From Candidatus Saccharimonadota bacterium (GTDB lineage: Bacteria > Patescibacteriota > Saccharimonadia > Saccharimonadales > UBA4665), in NCBI GenBank assembly GCA_003516025.1, contig CP023991.1, positions 629,370 to 661,369 on the forward strand: 32,000 bases of DNA, written 5' to 3'. The notes under the pieces are model-generated. The model had not been told where the DNA came from. It worked only from the letters and a program-made list of their open reading frames with translations, and ran no database searches. Shown here piece after piece: positions 10,078 through 18,759 of this stretch (position 1 is the stretch's first letter; each line of letters starts with the position of its first letter). The position numbers and the translations under genes are program-made.

Positions 10078-10911
10078 TTAGCTTTTAGCGGTATTGGCCG
10101 ACTGAGCCGGTGACGGACCAACCACCGGATCATCCGGTACCGATCCGCCGTGCTCGCTGTCGCCCGGCAGGCCTAAACTAATAAACGCAATGGTCAACAT
10201 AAAGAATACATACGCCTGGACGGCGCCGACAAAAAGCTCAAGAACGTAAAATACCGGCAGAGCCACGACGGCGGCGTAACTGGTCAGGAAAGCGATGACG
10301 GCCAGCAGCACTTCGCCGCCGAACACGTTACCGAAGACACGAAGCGCCAGGGCGGCCGTGCGGGAAAACTCGGCGATCAATTCCAGGAAACCTTCAAAAG
10401 CGTGCAACGGGTCCTTAAACGGATTAGCCAGGTACCGGTGCAGATTGCCGAACAGGCCGCGGCGCTTAATCGCCCAGGCCTGAGCGGTAAAAATAGAAAT
10501 GACGGCAATCGCCAGTGTGGTATTAAGGTCGGCAGCGGCGCCACGGAACAACTCAGTGCCGTGCCAGGTAACCGCCCCGACGACCGGCAGGATACCGATC
10601 CAGTTATTTATAGTAAAGAAAAAAACGATCGTAATAGCCAGCGGCAATACTTTGCGGGCCACCGCGCGGTCGCCAACAACGCTATAAATAGTGTCGTATA
10701 GGATTTCGAACATCCACATCACAAAACCCACCAAGCGGTTCTTTGAACCATCGCGTGTACTGCGGACAGCAAAGAGTAGCAGAGCGATAACAATCAGGGA
10801 ACCGATAAGACCCGTAATCTGCGAGTTAGTTACCGGCAAACCGAATATATGAAACACCGCTTCGGGAGCGATGCTGATGTGGGGAGTTTCGGCTGCGAAC
10901 AGGTTGAGCAC
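10078..10911 (-). CDS. atpB: Fo ATP synthase a subunit
   Basis: Polytopic membrane protein with the conserved Arg motif LALRVFGNVFGGE. The GTG start overlaps the upstream stop by 1 nt. Confidence 0.9.
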   Translation of the reverse strand: MLNLFAAETPHISIAPEAVFHIFGLPVTNSQITGLIGSLIVIALLLFAVRSTRDGSKNRLVGFVMWMFEILYDTIYSVVGDRAVARKVLPLAITIVFFFTINNWIGILPVVGAVTWHGTELFRGAAADLNTTLAIAVISIFTAQAWAIKRRGLFGNLHRYLANPFKDPLHAFEGFLELIAEFSRTAALALRVFGNVFGGEVLLAVIAFLTSYAAVVALPVFYVLELFVGAVQAYVFFMLTIAFISLGLPGDSEHGGSVPDDPVVGPSPAQSANTAKS

Positions 10912-11147
10912 TATTTATATTCCTGACTGGCTTTAATTTGTTTCCTGATGAGTACATAGGCAAAATAAAAGCCTACGGCCACCCCAAGCAATGTTACCCA
11001 GGGCTTGCTATCAAGTTTAACATCTATGAAAATGCCGATGAACGCAAATATGACGACGGGAATAGTCATGCGCCAGGTGGTATCCGCGATCTCACGAACG
11101 ACGTTGAGCTTTTTAGGAGCCGGTGTAGTATCGTGAGAGTTATTCAT
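10911..11147 (-). CDS. AtpZ/AtpI-like small membrane protein (first gene of the atp operon)
   Basis: 78 aa with two predicted TM helices (WRMTIPVVIFAFIGIFIDVKLDSKPWVTLLGVAVGFYFAYVLI). It lies immediately upstream of and overlaps atpB. Confidence 0.65.
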   Translation of the reverse strand: MNNSHDTTPAPKKLNVVREIADTTWRMTIPVVIFAFIGIFIDVKLDSKPWVTLLGVAVGFYFAYVLIRKQIKASQEYK

Positions 11148-11158
11148 CGTTCCCTTAC

Positions 11159-11188
11159 AGTATACCAGTCTATATCTGTTGTGAGCAA
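11159..11188 (-). promoter_or_regulatory. Candidate atp operon promoter
   Basis: On the minus strand: TTGCTC (rc of 11183-11188), an 18-nt spacer, then TGgTATACT (extended -10, rc of 11159-11164 plus TG). Confidence 0.3.
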
Positions 11189-11301
11189 GGATTGTTGGGG
11201 CATTGACAACAAGTGTATTAGCGCTTATGTCAATAGTCCTGCATAAACGTGCGTTACTTTACAAAGTATAGTATAATAAGAGGTGTAAAGGAGAAGTAAT
11301 T

Positions 11302-11553
11302 ATGAATACAAAACCTATTGTTTATAGCGCCACCTGGTGCGCCTTCTGCCATGCCGCCAAGCAGTACTTCGATAAGCTCGGCGTCGAATATGAAGACCGC
11401 GACATTGAAAGCAATCCGGATTATGCCAGCGAATCAGTCGCTAAGTCCGGCCAGATGGGCATTCCGGTTATTGATATTGACGGTGAAATCATTGTTGGTT
11501 TCGACCGGCCCAAGATTGACAAAGTCCTGCATGACAAGGATTTGGTCAGCTAA
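11302..11553 (+). CDS. Glutaredoxin-like/NrdH-like small thiol-disulfide oxidoreductase
   Basis: 83 aa with CxxC motif WCAFC near the N-terminus, and GIPVIDIDGEIIVGFD typical of the glutaredoxin fold. SD aaggag lies 8 nt upstream. Confidence 0.85.
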   Translation: MNTKPIVYSATWCAFCHAAKQYFDKLGVEYEDRDIESNPDYASESVAKSGQMGIPVIDIDGEIIVGFDRPKIDKVLHDKDLVS

Positions 11554-11619
11554 AGCTGTGACGAATATCTCTTTACAGAGGTGATACAGTGTGCGTACAC
11601 TTACGGATAGGAGGCAACC

Positions 11620-12093
11620 ATGGCTACAGATAACACAACTGAACAGTACCGTCCCCATTTCGTAATAGACCCGGGCGCCGATGAACGCACGATCATGGCA
11701 CTACAGAGTCTGGAAGATGCCATTTATACCGACGCCAGCTCTGTCGGCGACGCCGTCGACAGGTTGGCAGTACGTGACCATACCGGCAATCCGGAGTTCG
11801 ACGAAGTGATTAGCATGGCTGTCAGTAAAGAGGTCGGACTGGAATTCGACGAGGTTACCGAAGAGTCAATAGTCCGGTCGGCAACCATGAAGTTACTGCG
11901 GGAAAAACGCAAAGGCAATCAACACAATGATGAAAAATCACAAGAACTGGCCGCCGAAGTCCGGCGCGTCCGCCTGCGCCTGTTCGTAGAGCGCGTTATG
12001 CAGCACAAGCTGAACGAAATACTGTCGGGAGATATTCTGCCCATACAGGAACAAGCCGGCACGCCCGGCACCGCCACTAATATACCCGCGTAA
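11620..12093 (+). CDS. Hypothetical acidic protein (157 aa)
   Basis: ATG preceded by aggagg. Closely spaced with the following genes, so probably one operon. No family recognised. Confidence 0.6.
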   Translation: MATDNTTEQYRPHFVIDPGADERTIMALQSLEDAIYTDASSVGDAVDRLAVRDHTGNPEFDEVISMAVSKEVGLEFDEVTEESIVRSATMKLLREKRKGNQHNDEKSQELAAEVRRVRLRLFVERVMQHKLNEILSGDILPIQEQAGTPGTATNIPA

Positions 12094-12108
12094 AAGAGAC
12101 TCGCTCAT

Positions 12109-12678
12109 ATGGCATTCGAAGACTTTGAAACCAAAGAATCAGTAGTACTGGTGTATACCGGCGAGAACAAAGGCAAGACCAGTGCCGCTGTCGGTTTGAT
12201 GGCCCGGGCGCTCGGCAACCGCTGGAACGTCGCGTTTATACAGTTCATTAAATACTGGGGCGTCGGCGAACACGTCTTTATCCGTGACATTATGCCGATT
12301 TATAAAGATAAGCTGCATTTTTACAAAGGTGGCAAAGGCTTTTATAACGCCGGCGAAATCAGCGCGACACATATTACCGAAGAGCAGCATAAACAGGCTG
12401 CCCAACAGACCTATGACGAGGCTTTAGCCTGCGCTACCAGCGGCGACTATGATCTGGTAATTTGCGACGAAATCAATAACGCCGTCCATGACGGACTCCT
12501 CAGCTTGGCACAGCTGAAGACACTTATTACATCTAAAGCGCCGCGCACCAGCCTCTGTCTGACGGGCCGTGACTTCCCGAAAGAATTACTGCAAAACGTC
12601 GACATCGCCACTGAAATGACCAAGCTGAAGCATCACTACGATGACAAGTTTCTCGCCAATAAGGGCATAGATTTTTAG
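12109..12678 (+). CDS. cobO: Cob(I)yrinic acid a,c-diamide / cob(I)alamin adenosyltransferase (CobA/CobO/BtuR family)
   Basis: Collinear with the CobA family: VLVYTGENKGKTSAAVGLMARALGNRWNVAFIQFIK (P-loop region), DLVICDEINNAV, SLCLTGRDFPKELLQNVDIATEMTKLKHHYD...NKGIDF. Confidence 0.88.
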   Translation: MAFEDFETKESVVLVYTGENKGKTSAAVGLMARALGNRWNVAFIQFIKYWGVGEHVFIRDIMPIYKDKLHFYKGGKGFYNAGEISATHITEEQHKQAAQQTYDEALACATSGDYDLVICDEINNAVHDGLLSLAQLKTLITSKAPRTSLCLTGRDFPKELLQNVDIATEMTKLKHHYDDKFLANKGIDF

Positions 12679-12695
12679 ACAGGTCAGCAATTAGT

Positions 12696-13139
12696 ATGAA
12701 TACGTCTGAATCCTTCCCGCAATCAGCCAGCACGGAACACATGCGCCTGCTGTTAACCCTTATCGAAGACACGCATCAGATGCAGGTCATGGGCGAAGCC
12801 TATCGGAGCTGGGGCCGCCTAAATCCGGCGCCATTCCTTGATTTTACAGCTATTGCCGAGCGTACTGCCCAGGAAATCAGGGCGAACGCCACTGCCATAA
12901 ATGAATCACTGCTAGCTATGGGCGGCATACGGCATTACTTTATCAATCCATCAACTAAAGCGCGCACAGACTGCTTGTTACAGGAATGGCAGGGAATAGA
13001 TCCTGAGGCTACCACCAACCACCTTTGGAAGGTGCGTGAGCTACCCGGACAGGTTGTCTCACTGACGCCGGATATGTTCGAAGAATTGCGCTCCCAGGCG
13101 CCAGCAGCCGCGGAATTAGATCCGCGCGCCTATTTGTAG
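12696..13139 (+). CDS. Hypothetical protein (147 aa)
   Basis: ORF 17 nt after cobO, in the same orientation. No family recognised. Confidence 0.55.
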   Translation: MNTSESFPQSASTEHMRLLLTLIEDTHQMQVMGEAYRSWGRLNPAPFLDFTAIAERTAQEIRANATAINESLLAMGGIRHYFINPSTKARTDCLLQEWQGIDPEATTNHLWKVRELPGQVVSLTPDMFEELRSQAPAAAELDPRAYL

Positions 13140-13185
13140 GCCGTAACCGTTTGCAGCCATCTGCCAAGTACGCTTTAATACATAT

Positions 13186-13707
13186 ATGCAGAGGGCGACA
13201 CTTTATCTTATGGTCGGATATCCGGGGTCCGGCAAGACTACCGTGTCCCGGATTATCTGTGACTTGACCGGCGCGGAGCATATCTGGGCCGACTTCGAGC
13301 GCAAAACGATGTTCGGCACGCCAACTCACTCGCCGGCGGAGAGCAAACAATTATATATGTGCCTGAATGCCGAAGCTGAAACACGTTTAGCCGCGGGCAA
13401 GTCGGTTATTTACGATACCAACTTCAACTTTTACGACGACCGCGAGCTGATGCGTGCGGTCGCCGCCCGCCATAACGCCGATACCAAACTGGTATGGGTG
13501 CAAACGCCCCGCGATATCGCCTTCGCCCGGGCTAGTATCGATGTCCATAAGCATGATACTCGCGTGCTGGGTGATATACCGAAAAAGCAATTCGACCGCA
13601 TGGCACACAACCTGCAGCCGCCCCGGCCCAACGAGCAGCCTGTTATTCTCGATGGCACCAAAATCACTCCGGGGTACGTCGCCGGAGCATTAAGGATTGG
13701 CCAGTGA
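13186..13707 (+). CDS. P-loop kinase of the AAA_33 / polynucleotide-kinase-like type
   Basis: Walker A GYPGSGKTT at the N-terminus. The small ~170-aa size and layout (…VIYDTNF…R…) are typical of AAA_33-type kinases. Confidence 0.7.
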   Translation: MQRATLYLMVGYPGSGKTTVSRIICDLTGAEHIWADFERKTMFGTPTHSPAESKQLYMCLNAEAETRLAAGKSVIYDTNFNFYDDRELMRAVAARHNADTKLVWVQTPRDIAFARASIDVHKHDTRVLGDIPKKQFDRMAHNLQPPRPNEQPVILDGTKITPGYVAGALRIGQ

Positions 13708-14285
13708 GCACGCGGCGGCGCACATCGTCAACTATTACGCTCCTGACGGCAGTTTTATCTCTGGTAGTATGGCTGGGAACGCAGTATGGCTGGTTCGCCA
13801 GCGCCCAAGACGCCGTGGTGAAAAACCAGCCGGGGCAGTACAGCGTCGTGGCGTTTTCGGATGGCGATACCATTAAAGTCGATATGAACGGTAAAACCGA
13901 AACTATCCGCTTTATAGGTGTTGATACCCCTGAAACTCATGATCCACGCAAAAAAGTGCAATGCTACGGTCCGGCGGCGTCAGCCTTTACCAAAAATATT
14001 ATTACGGCAGCCGGTTCACATGTACGGCTGGCTTCTGATTCACAGAGCACCAATCGCGACCGCTACGACCGTCTATTACGCTATGTATACCTCCCGGACG
14101 GCACTTTACTTAATGAAAAATTAATTAACGATGGCTACGCGTTCTACTACCCGTACTTCCCATTCACTAAATCGGACAGTTTTGCCGCCGCCCAAAAGTC
14201 CGCTCAACAGGACAGTCGGGGATTATGGGGCAACTGCAAGCCGGTTGCCAACGACGATGGCGGCTATACTTCAAACGACCAATAA
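13704..14285 (+). CDS. Membrane-anchored thermonuclease (staphylococcal nuclease, SNase family)
   Basis: N-terminal TM anchor (ITLLTAVLSLVVWLG). SNase motifs: GDTIKV...IRFIGVDTPET...RDRYDRLLRYVYL...NEKLINDGYAFYY. The GTG start overlaps the kinase stop (GTGA). Confidence 0.85.
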   Translation: MSTRRRTSSTITLLTAVLSLVVWLGTQYGWFASAQDAVVKNQPGQYSVVAFSDGDTIKVDMNGKTETIRFIGVDTPETHDPRKKVQCYGPAASAFTKNIITAAGSHVRLASDSQSTNRDRYDRLLRYVYLPDGTLLNEKLINDGYAFYYPYFPFTKSDSFAAAQKSAQQDSRGLWGNCKPVANDDGGYTSNDQ

Positions 14286-14356
14286 TTAATATCACATTGG
14301 ATCCGGCTTAAGCTTGGAGTAAGCTGGTAATAGGAAAGCCGAACACAGGAAATAGT

Positions 14357-15097
14357 ATGCCTATTATACGCAAGAATATAGCTAACTTTACGGGGACGCT
14401 GATGCAATCCCGCGCCAAGCCCGGTACCAAGTATGCTTTTCTGCTGTTTCGTTCAGACAACACGCTTCGATTCTGCCTGTGCGAAGATGTTGCTATAGTC
14501 CGCTCACTGGAGATTGGTGAAACCTACCAGGTAAATGGGCGTGAGTATACTGCAAAGCACGAAACCTACCTGCAGATCCACTCCGTGCAATTGGTCCGCC
14601 AAAAAAAGGCATTCCTCAAAAGCCACGCGGCGCTCGTTGGCAGTACGGTCGCGCTGTTTGTAGTATTAGGTCTTGGCGGCATTGGACTAACAATGCGTGA
14701 CGACGTGGAGCGCAGCAAGCAGCAGCCGAAGCCAGCCGAAACAGTTACTACCGAAGTAAAAGTAGAGACAACCGACCCGAAAGCGCCAATAACGGACATC
14801 CTCAGCCAGCAGGCCGCTAACAGTACTGCGCCCAAGGATACAAATGGAAACGCCACGGCGCCGTCTAATAAAGCCGCGAGCCGCTCAGCCAGCCCTATCG
14901 CGCAGCCAGCGGCGCCAGTCACGTCTCAGCCAGCGGATACCGAGCCCGCCGTCAGAACTCCCGATGAAATTACGCCAATAGATAATGACACTGGCGACGA
15001 GGAGATGGGGAACGCAGCTAATACAGGATCTGACGAGTCAGCTCCACCAGCAGCGGATGGAGCAGATAGCGAGCCGGAAGAGCTCGTGGGTGGCTAA
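14357..15097 (+). CDS. Hypothetical single-pass membrane protein with a disordered Pro/Ala/Thr/acidic C-terminal region
   Basis: An ~85-aa N-terminal globular part, one TM helix (LVGSTVALFVVLGLGGIGL), then a low-complexity tail. Confidence 0.6.
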   Translation: MPIIRKNIANFTGTLMQSRAKPGTKYAFLLFRSDNTLRFCLCEDVAIVRSLEIGETYQVNGREYTAKHETYLQIHSVQLVRQKKAFLKSHAALVGSTVALFVVLGLGGIGLTMRDDVERSKQQPKPAETVTTEVKVETTDPKAPITDILSQQAANSTAPKDTNGNATAPSNKAASRSASPIAQPAAPVTSQPADTEPAVRTPDEITPIDNDTGDEEMGNAANTGSDESAPPAADGADSEPEELVGG

Positions 15098-15119
15098 GCG
15101 TAAGTTTACTATAGGTGCA

Positions 15120-15977
15120 TCAGTAATCACCATACGTAGCCGGGTTAACCCGCGAACCTTTTGTAGTAAACACAAGACTGCTCCAGGAAAATGTGCCATC
15201 CCGCTTGTCATAGCCCCGGTGTAAAAGCTTGAGGACACCATAAAAAGCGATGCCGGCCACAACCACCGGATACATATAACGGCGGCTTTTAAGGCCGTGC
15301 AAGGCGTACGTTTTCGGACTAAGAGTAATGTAACGGGCGTAATTCTGGAATGATGCTTCAGTTTGCCGGGCACCAATGGCAGCCCGCAACTGCGGGTCGA
15401 ATACAACTTTATGGCCTTGCCAGTTCGTATGGATGCCAAGGTCAAAATCTTCATGCATGCCGCCTGAACGGCATACCCGGCGGCGGACATCGGTCCATAC
15501 ATCGCGGCGGATAGCCATATTGGCCCCCTGAATAGCCACTTCATCACCAAGGCTATACGCCAAATATTTGCGGACTTTGAGGTCGAGGGCGCTTAGGAAC
15601 GGGCTGAGGGCCAGGTCGTGGTAAGTGACACTGCCGGTGACAGCGCCATAATTATTAACAGCAAACAGGCGCTGAGCTGTCGCGACCCAGCCGGCGTCAA
15701 TGATAGTATCGGCGTCAATCCGGCCAATAATAGCCCCGGCGGCAGCGTCAAAACCGGTGTCGCGGGCAAAAACAACACCTTGGCGAGATTCATGCAGTAC
15801 AGTAACGAAAGCATATCGGCTGGCGATGGCGACCGTATCGTCAGAGGAATTGTTATCAACCACCAGTACCTCTAGCGGGCTGACAGTTTGCTGAGCGATA
15901 GCATCCAAACAGGCAGCGATTGAGGCCGCCTCGTTATATACTGGTATTACGATACTAACGTTACTTTTTTGCTTCAT
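15120..15977 (-). CDS. Family 2 glycosyltransferase
   Basis: VSIVIPVYNEAASIAACLDAI...EVLVVDNNSSDDT and RIDADT (DxD-type), typical of the GT2 GT-A fold. Confidence 0.85.
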   Translation of the reverse strand: MKQKSNVSIVIPVYNEAASIAACLDAIAQQTVSPLEVLVVDNNSSDDTVAIASRYAFVTVLHESRQGVVFARDTGFDAAAGAIIGRIDADTIIDAGWVATAQRLFAVNNYGAVTGSVTYHDLALSPFLSALDLKVRKYLAYSLGDEVAIQGANMAIRRDVWTDVRRRVCRSGGMHEDFDLGIHTNWQGHKVVFDPQLRAAIGARQTEASFQNYARYITLSPKTYALHGLKSRRYMYPVVVAGIAFYGVLKLLHRGYDKRDGTFSWSSLVFTTKGSRVNPATYGDY

Positions 15978-15995
15978 AAAAACTCATAATATTGT

Positions 15996-17105
15996 ATGTC
16001 AAACCGCTCAAGATTGTACACTAATAAACTGATGAACAGCTTGGTAAAACGCCCCTGGAATTACCTAGTGGCATTTTGGCAGCGCGGCTGGCTGCATAAA
16101 CTAACTGTAATCTTCGTGGTGCTCATAGCATTACTTATCGGCAGTATGTACGGCATCGCCCGCTGGTACATGGCCAGCCAGGCATCAAAACCGCTGATTG
16201 TTGGCACCTCATTTATCCCGGCCTACGCTGAAAGTTTTGGCCTCGACGCTCAACAGACTATGGACGCCTTCATCAATGATCTTGGTATCCGGCATTTCCG
16301 GCTGGTAAGCTACTGGGATCAGCTTGAGCCGTCGAAGGGACAATATGATTTCAGCCTGCTCGATTGGCAATTCGAAAAAGCCGAAAAGGCAGACGCTAAG
16401 GTGACGCTAAGCCTGGGATTACGCCAACCGCGCTGGCCTGAATGCCATATGCCGGCTTGGGCACAAAATGAGCCCGTCAGCGTTTGGCAGCCGCAGCTGC
16501 AGGACTTTATCGCCCAGGTAGTCAACCGCTACAAAGATTCACCCGCGCTGGATAGTTACCAGGTAGAAAACGAATATTTCCTAAAAGGTTTCGGCGTTTG
16601 TACCAACTTCGACCGCCAGCGATTGGTAGACGAGTATAACCTTGTCAAAAAGCTCGACCCTTACCATAAGGCTATTATCGCGCGCTCTAACAACGCGCTC
16701 GGCTGGCCGGTAGGTGATCCGCAACCCGATGAATTCGGCATTTCTATCTATAAGCGTGTGTGGGACGCCGGTGTTACGAAGCGGTATCTTGAATATCCGT
16801 TCCCGGCCTGGTTCTACGGCTTCGTCGGCGGCATCGAAAAAATCGCCACCGGCAAGGACTTGATGATCCACGAGCTGCAGGCCGAAGCCTGGCCACCAAA
16901 CGGACAGGGAATACAGGAAACAAGTTTGGACGAACAGAATAAGTCCTTCAACGCCGAGCGGTTTACGGACCGGGTGGAATTCGGCAAAGCCACCGGCATG
17001 CGTGAAATCTACCTATGGGGCAGCGAGTACTGGTACTACCGGCTGGTAAAACTCAATGATCCAAGTCTGTGGAACGTGGCCAAAGAGACGTTTGAAGAAT
17101 TATAG
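15996..17105 (+). CDS. Membrane-anchored glycoside hydrolase, clan GH-A (GH42/GH5-like)
   Basis: N-terminal TM anchor. Motifs: SYWDQLEPSKGQYDF, YQVENEYF (NE acid/base motif) and IHELQAEAW (candidate nucleophile Glu). Confidence 0.7.
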   Translation: MSNRSRLYTNKLMNSLVKRPWNYLVAFWQRGWLHKLTVIFVVLIALLIGSMYGIARWYMASQASKPLIVGTSFIPAYAESFGLDAQQTMDAFINDLGIRHFRLVSYWDQLEPSKGQYDFSLLDWQFEKAEKADAKVTLSLGLRQPRWPECHMPAWAQNEPVSVWQPQLQDFIAQVVNRYKDSPALDSYQVENEYFLKGFGVCTNFDRQRLVDEYNLVKKLDPYHKAIIARSNNALGWPVGDPQPDEFGISIYKRVWDAGVTKRYLEYPFPAWFYGFVGGIEKIATGKDLMIHELQAEAWPPNGQGIQETSLDEQNKSFNAERFTDRVEFGKATGMREIYLWGSEYWYYRLVKLNDPSLWNVAKETFEEL

Positions 17106-17115
17106 CTACGCGCTA

Positions 17116-17652
17116 CTAGAACAGTGGTATGTCGCGCGGCACTTCAGTTACGTGCAGCCGCTGCTCAACATTGATGCCTGAGTCAGGCACCAGCAGTGCC
17201 TGGTCGCCCTGGACCCAAAGACCAGCGGTAGCTTCCAGCGCGCCCGGGCCAATGCGCATAGCAACTTCGTAGCGGTCACGCTGGCGGCGGAACTGCTGGC
17301 CTTCAGGCATGACACCTACCATAACGGCATCGCCAAGCTTGTAGGCGACAGCCTGCCGAGCCTCGCGCTGCACGGCCTCAACATGCTCGTTAAGCTCATC
17401 GAGGCTTTCCGCGTCCATACTGAGGACGCCAGCCATTTTGTACAGGCGTGGGATCGGACCGCTCTTTAGGTCACCCGGAATGCGCGTCCAACCATCGATG
17501 TCATCTACGGTTTCACGGGCCACATGCCAACGTGTCGGTACATGATTTGGCGCGCTCGAGCCGTTTACAAGCCCCGAGCCGGGCAAGTATGAGCCGAAGC
17601 TAAACAGTCGGGCTACTGCGAGATTTTTTCGATTGAGGTTGTGTTCAGACAT
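17116..17652 (-). CDS. Hypothetical protein (178 aa)
   Basis: ORF convergent with the hydrolase gene (10-nt gap) and divergent from smpB. No family recognised. Confidence 0.55.
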   Translation of the reverse strand: MSEHNLNRKNLAVARLFSFGSYLPGSGLVNGSSAPNHVPTRWHVARETVDDIDGWTRIPGDLKSGPIPRLYKMAGVLSMDAESLDELNEHVEAVQREARQAVAYKLGDAVMVGVMPEGQQFRRQRDRYEVAMRIGPGALEATAGLWVQGDQALLVPDSGINVEQRLHVTEVPRDIPLF

Positions 17653-17699
17653 AGGTATTTTTATACCATATCATTTTATATTTGTCGATGTTATAACAG

Positions 17700-17718
17700 G
17701 TACCTTACAATAAGGTAC
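17700..17718 (+). promoter_or_regulatory. Perfect 8-bp inverted repeat covering the smpB Shine-Dalgarno region
   Basis: GTACCTTA-caa-TAAGGTAC. The right arm contains the only SD-like AAGG, 6 nt before the ATG at 17722. Confidence 0.3.
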
Positions 17719-17721
17719 ATT

Positions 17722-18186
17722 ATGGCCAAGAAAAAAGCTGCCCAGACCAAACAGATCACTAACCGACGAGCCCGCCACGATTACGAGCTCGGCGACAGCC
17801 TGGTTGCCGGCATTGAGCTAAGTGGTGCCGAAACCAAGGCGCTCCGCATGGGCCATGGCCAGCTACGCGGCGCTTACGTGACTATAAAAGGCGACGAACT
17901 GATGCTCATTAACGCCACCATATCCCCTAGCAGCGGCATACCAATAGCCGAGTCTGACCAGACACGGGCCCGCAAGTTACTAGCCAAACGCCGGGAAATC
18001 AACAGCCTCATCGAAGCCAAGCAACAGGGTAAAACTATCGTGCCGCTTGAAATCCTGACGCACGGCCGCTACATAAAGGTGCGTATTTCGGTTGGACGCG
18101 GCAAAAAATTATATGACAAGCGCCAAACCCTCAAAAAACGCGATGAATCACGGCAAATGGCGGCGGCGGTTAAAAACGCGCGGTAA
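17722..18186 (+). CDS. smpB: SsrA-binding protein SmpB
   Basis: MAKKK...ITNRRARHDYELGDSLVAGIELSGAETKALR...LLAKRREI is typical SmpB. The track's upstream extension (17641) is AT-rich and Cys/Tyr/Arg-rich, so it is not credible. Confidence 0.92.
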   Translation: MAKKKAAQTKQITNRRARHDYELGDSLVAGIELSGAETKALRMGHGQLRGAYVTIKGDELMLINATISPSSGIPIAESDQTRARKLLAKRREINSLIEAKQQGKTIVPLEILTHGRYIKVRISVGRGKKLYDKRQTLKKRDESRQMAAAVKNAR

Positions 18187-18190
18187 GTAT

Positions 18191-18219
18191 TTGCGCGCGG
18201 GCATTAACTTCGGTATAAT
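18191..18219 (+). promoter_or_regulatory. Candidate promoter for tRNA-Asn
   Basis: TTGCGC (18191-18196), a 17-nt spacer, then TATAAT (18214-18219), about 28 nt before the mature tRNA 5' end. Confidence 0.35.
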
Positions 18220-18247
18220 CAGCCATGTTATTCAAAACTATAAATAT

Positions 18248-18322
18248 TCCGGGGTAGCTCAGCGGTAGAGCGGGTGGCTGTTAACCACTAGGTCGCTGGT
18301 TCGAATCCAGTCCCCGGAGCCA
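18248..18322 (+). tRNA. tRNA-Asn (anticodon GTT), CCA encoded
   Basis: Manual cloverleaf: acceptor TCCGGGG/CCCCGGA; D arm GCTC-AGCGGTA-GAGC; anticodon arm GGTGG-CTGTTAA-CCACT; variable loop AGGTC; T arm GCTGG-TTCGAAT-CCAGT; discriminator G; CCA. Confidence 0.93.
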
Positions 18323-18336
18323 AGAAGCTTATGCTC

Positions 18337-18364
18337 AAAGAGTCACAGTCAGTGACTCTTTTTG
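18337..18364 (+). terminator. Rho-independent terminator after tRNA-Asn
   Basis: aaagagtcac (18337-18346) and gtgactcttt (18352-18361) form a perfect 10-bp stem with a 5-nt loop. The T run continues to 18364. Confidence 0.7.
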
Positions 18365-18377
18365 TTATACTGCTAGC

Positions 18378-18716
18378 ATGAAAGATATCCATTATCGATC
18401 AGCGGCAATCTCTATGACAATAGTAGTTACAAGCGGACTGATATGGCTTGTGATTTATTCACTTAATTATACAGAAGCCATAGGATTCGATGGGCCAGCA
18501 GGTGGAATTTTAGGACTTACACTGTTCGCAGGATGGATAATCAGCGCTATCATAACTGTGATCATTAACCGACCATATTCTAAGTACAGTATTATAGACA
18601 CGCTCATGGTTGTTTTTATCGCAGGACTATTTACCTGTTTTCTATCCGGCTTTTTGATTTCACAGTACGCACGCTCTCATTTCTCGGATAGCATAACCCA
18701 TTTTCAAAACCTGTAG
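18378..18716 (+). CDS. Small hypothetical membrane protein (112 aa, about 3 TM helices)
   Basis: Three hydrophobic segments (ISMTIVVTSGLIWLVIYSL; ILGLTLFAGWIISAIITVII; LMVVFIAGLFTCFLSGFLI). AT-rich codon usage. Its own terminator lies downstream. Confidence 0.6.
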   Translation: MKDIHYRSAAISMTIVVTSGLIWLVIYSLNYTEAIGFDGPAGGILGLTLFAGWIISAIITVIINRPYSKYSIIDTLMVVFIAGLFTCFLSGFLISQYARSHFSDSITHFQNL

Positions 18717-18759
18717 AGTTGCGAAGTTGGTTCACTAGCGGGAGCCACAGTAGAAATTG

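Noticed and set aside
15038-15550. 170-aa minus-strand ORF overlapping the 3' half of the GT2 gene in another frame, and ORF 14985-15224 on the plus strand.
   Set aside because: The GT2 frame carries the conserved family motifs, and the alternatives have no motifs and atypical composition.
15978-15995. Only 18 bp between the divergent GT2 and glycoside hydrolase starts, considered as a shared operator.
   Set aside because: It is too short and featureless to support any call. More likely one start codon is downstream (for example Met13 of the hydrolase at 16032) or the promoters lie within coding sequence.
17641-17721. Upstream extension of the smpB ORF (MFRHRYFYTISFYICRCYNRYLTIRYI).
   Set aside because: It is an AT-rich promoter or leader region translated by chance. 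Canonical SmpB begins at MAKKK (17722) with an SD-like AAGG upstream.
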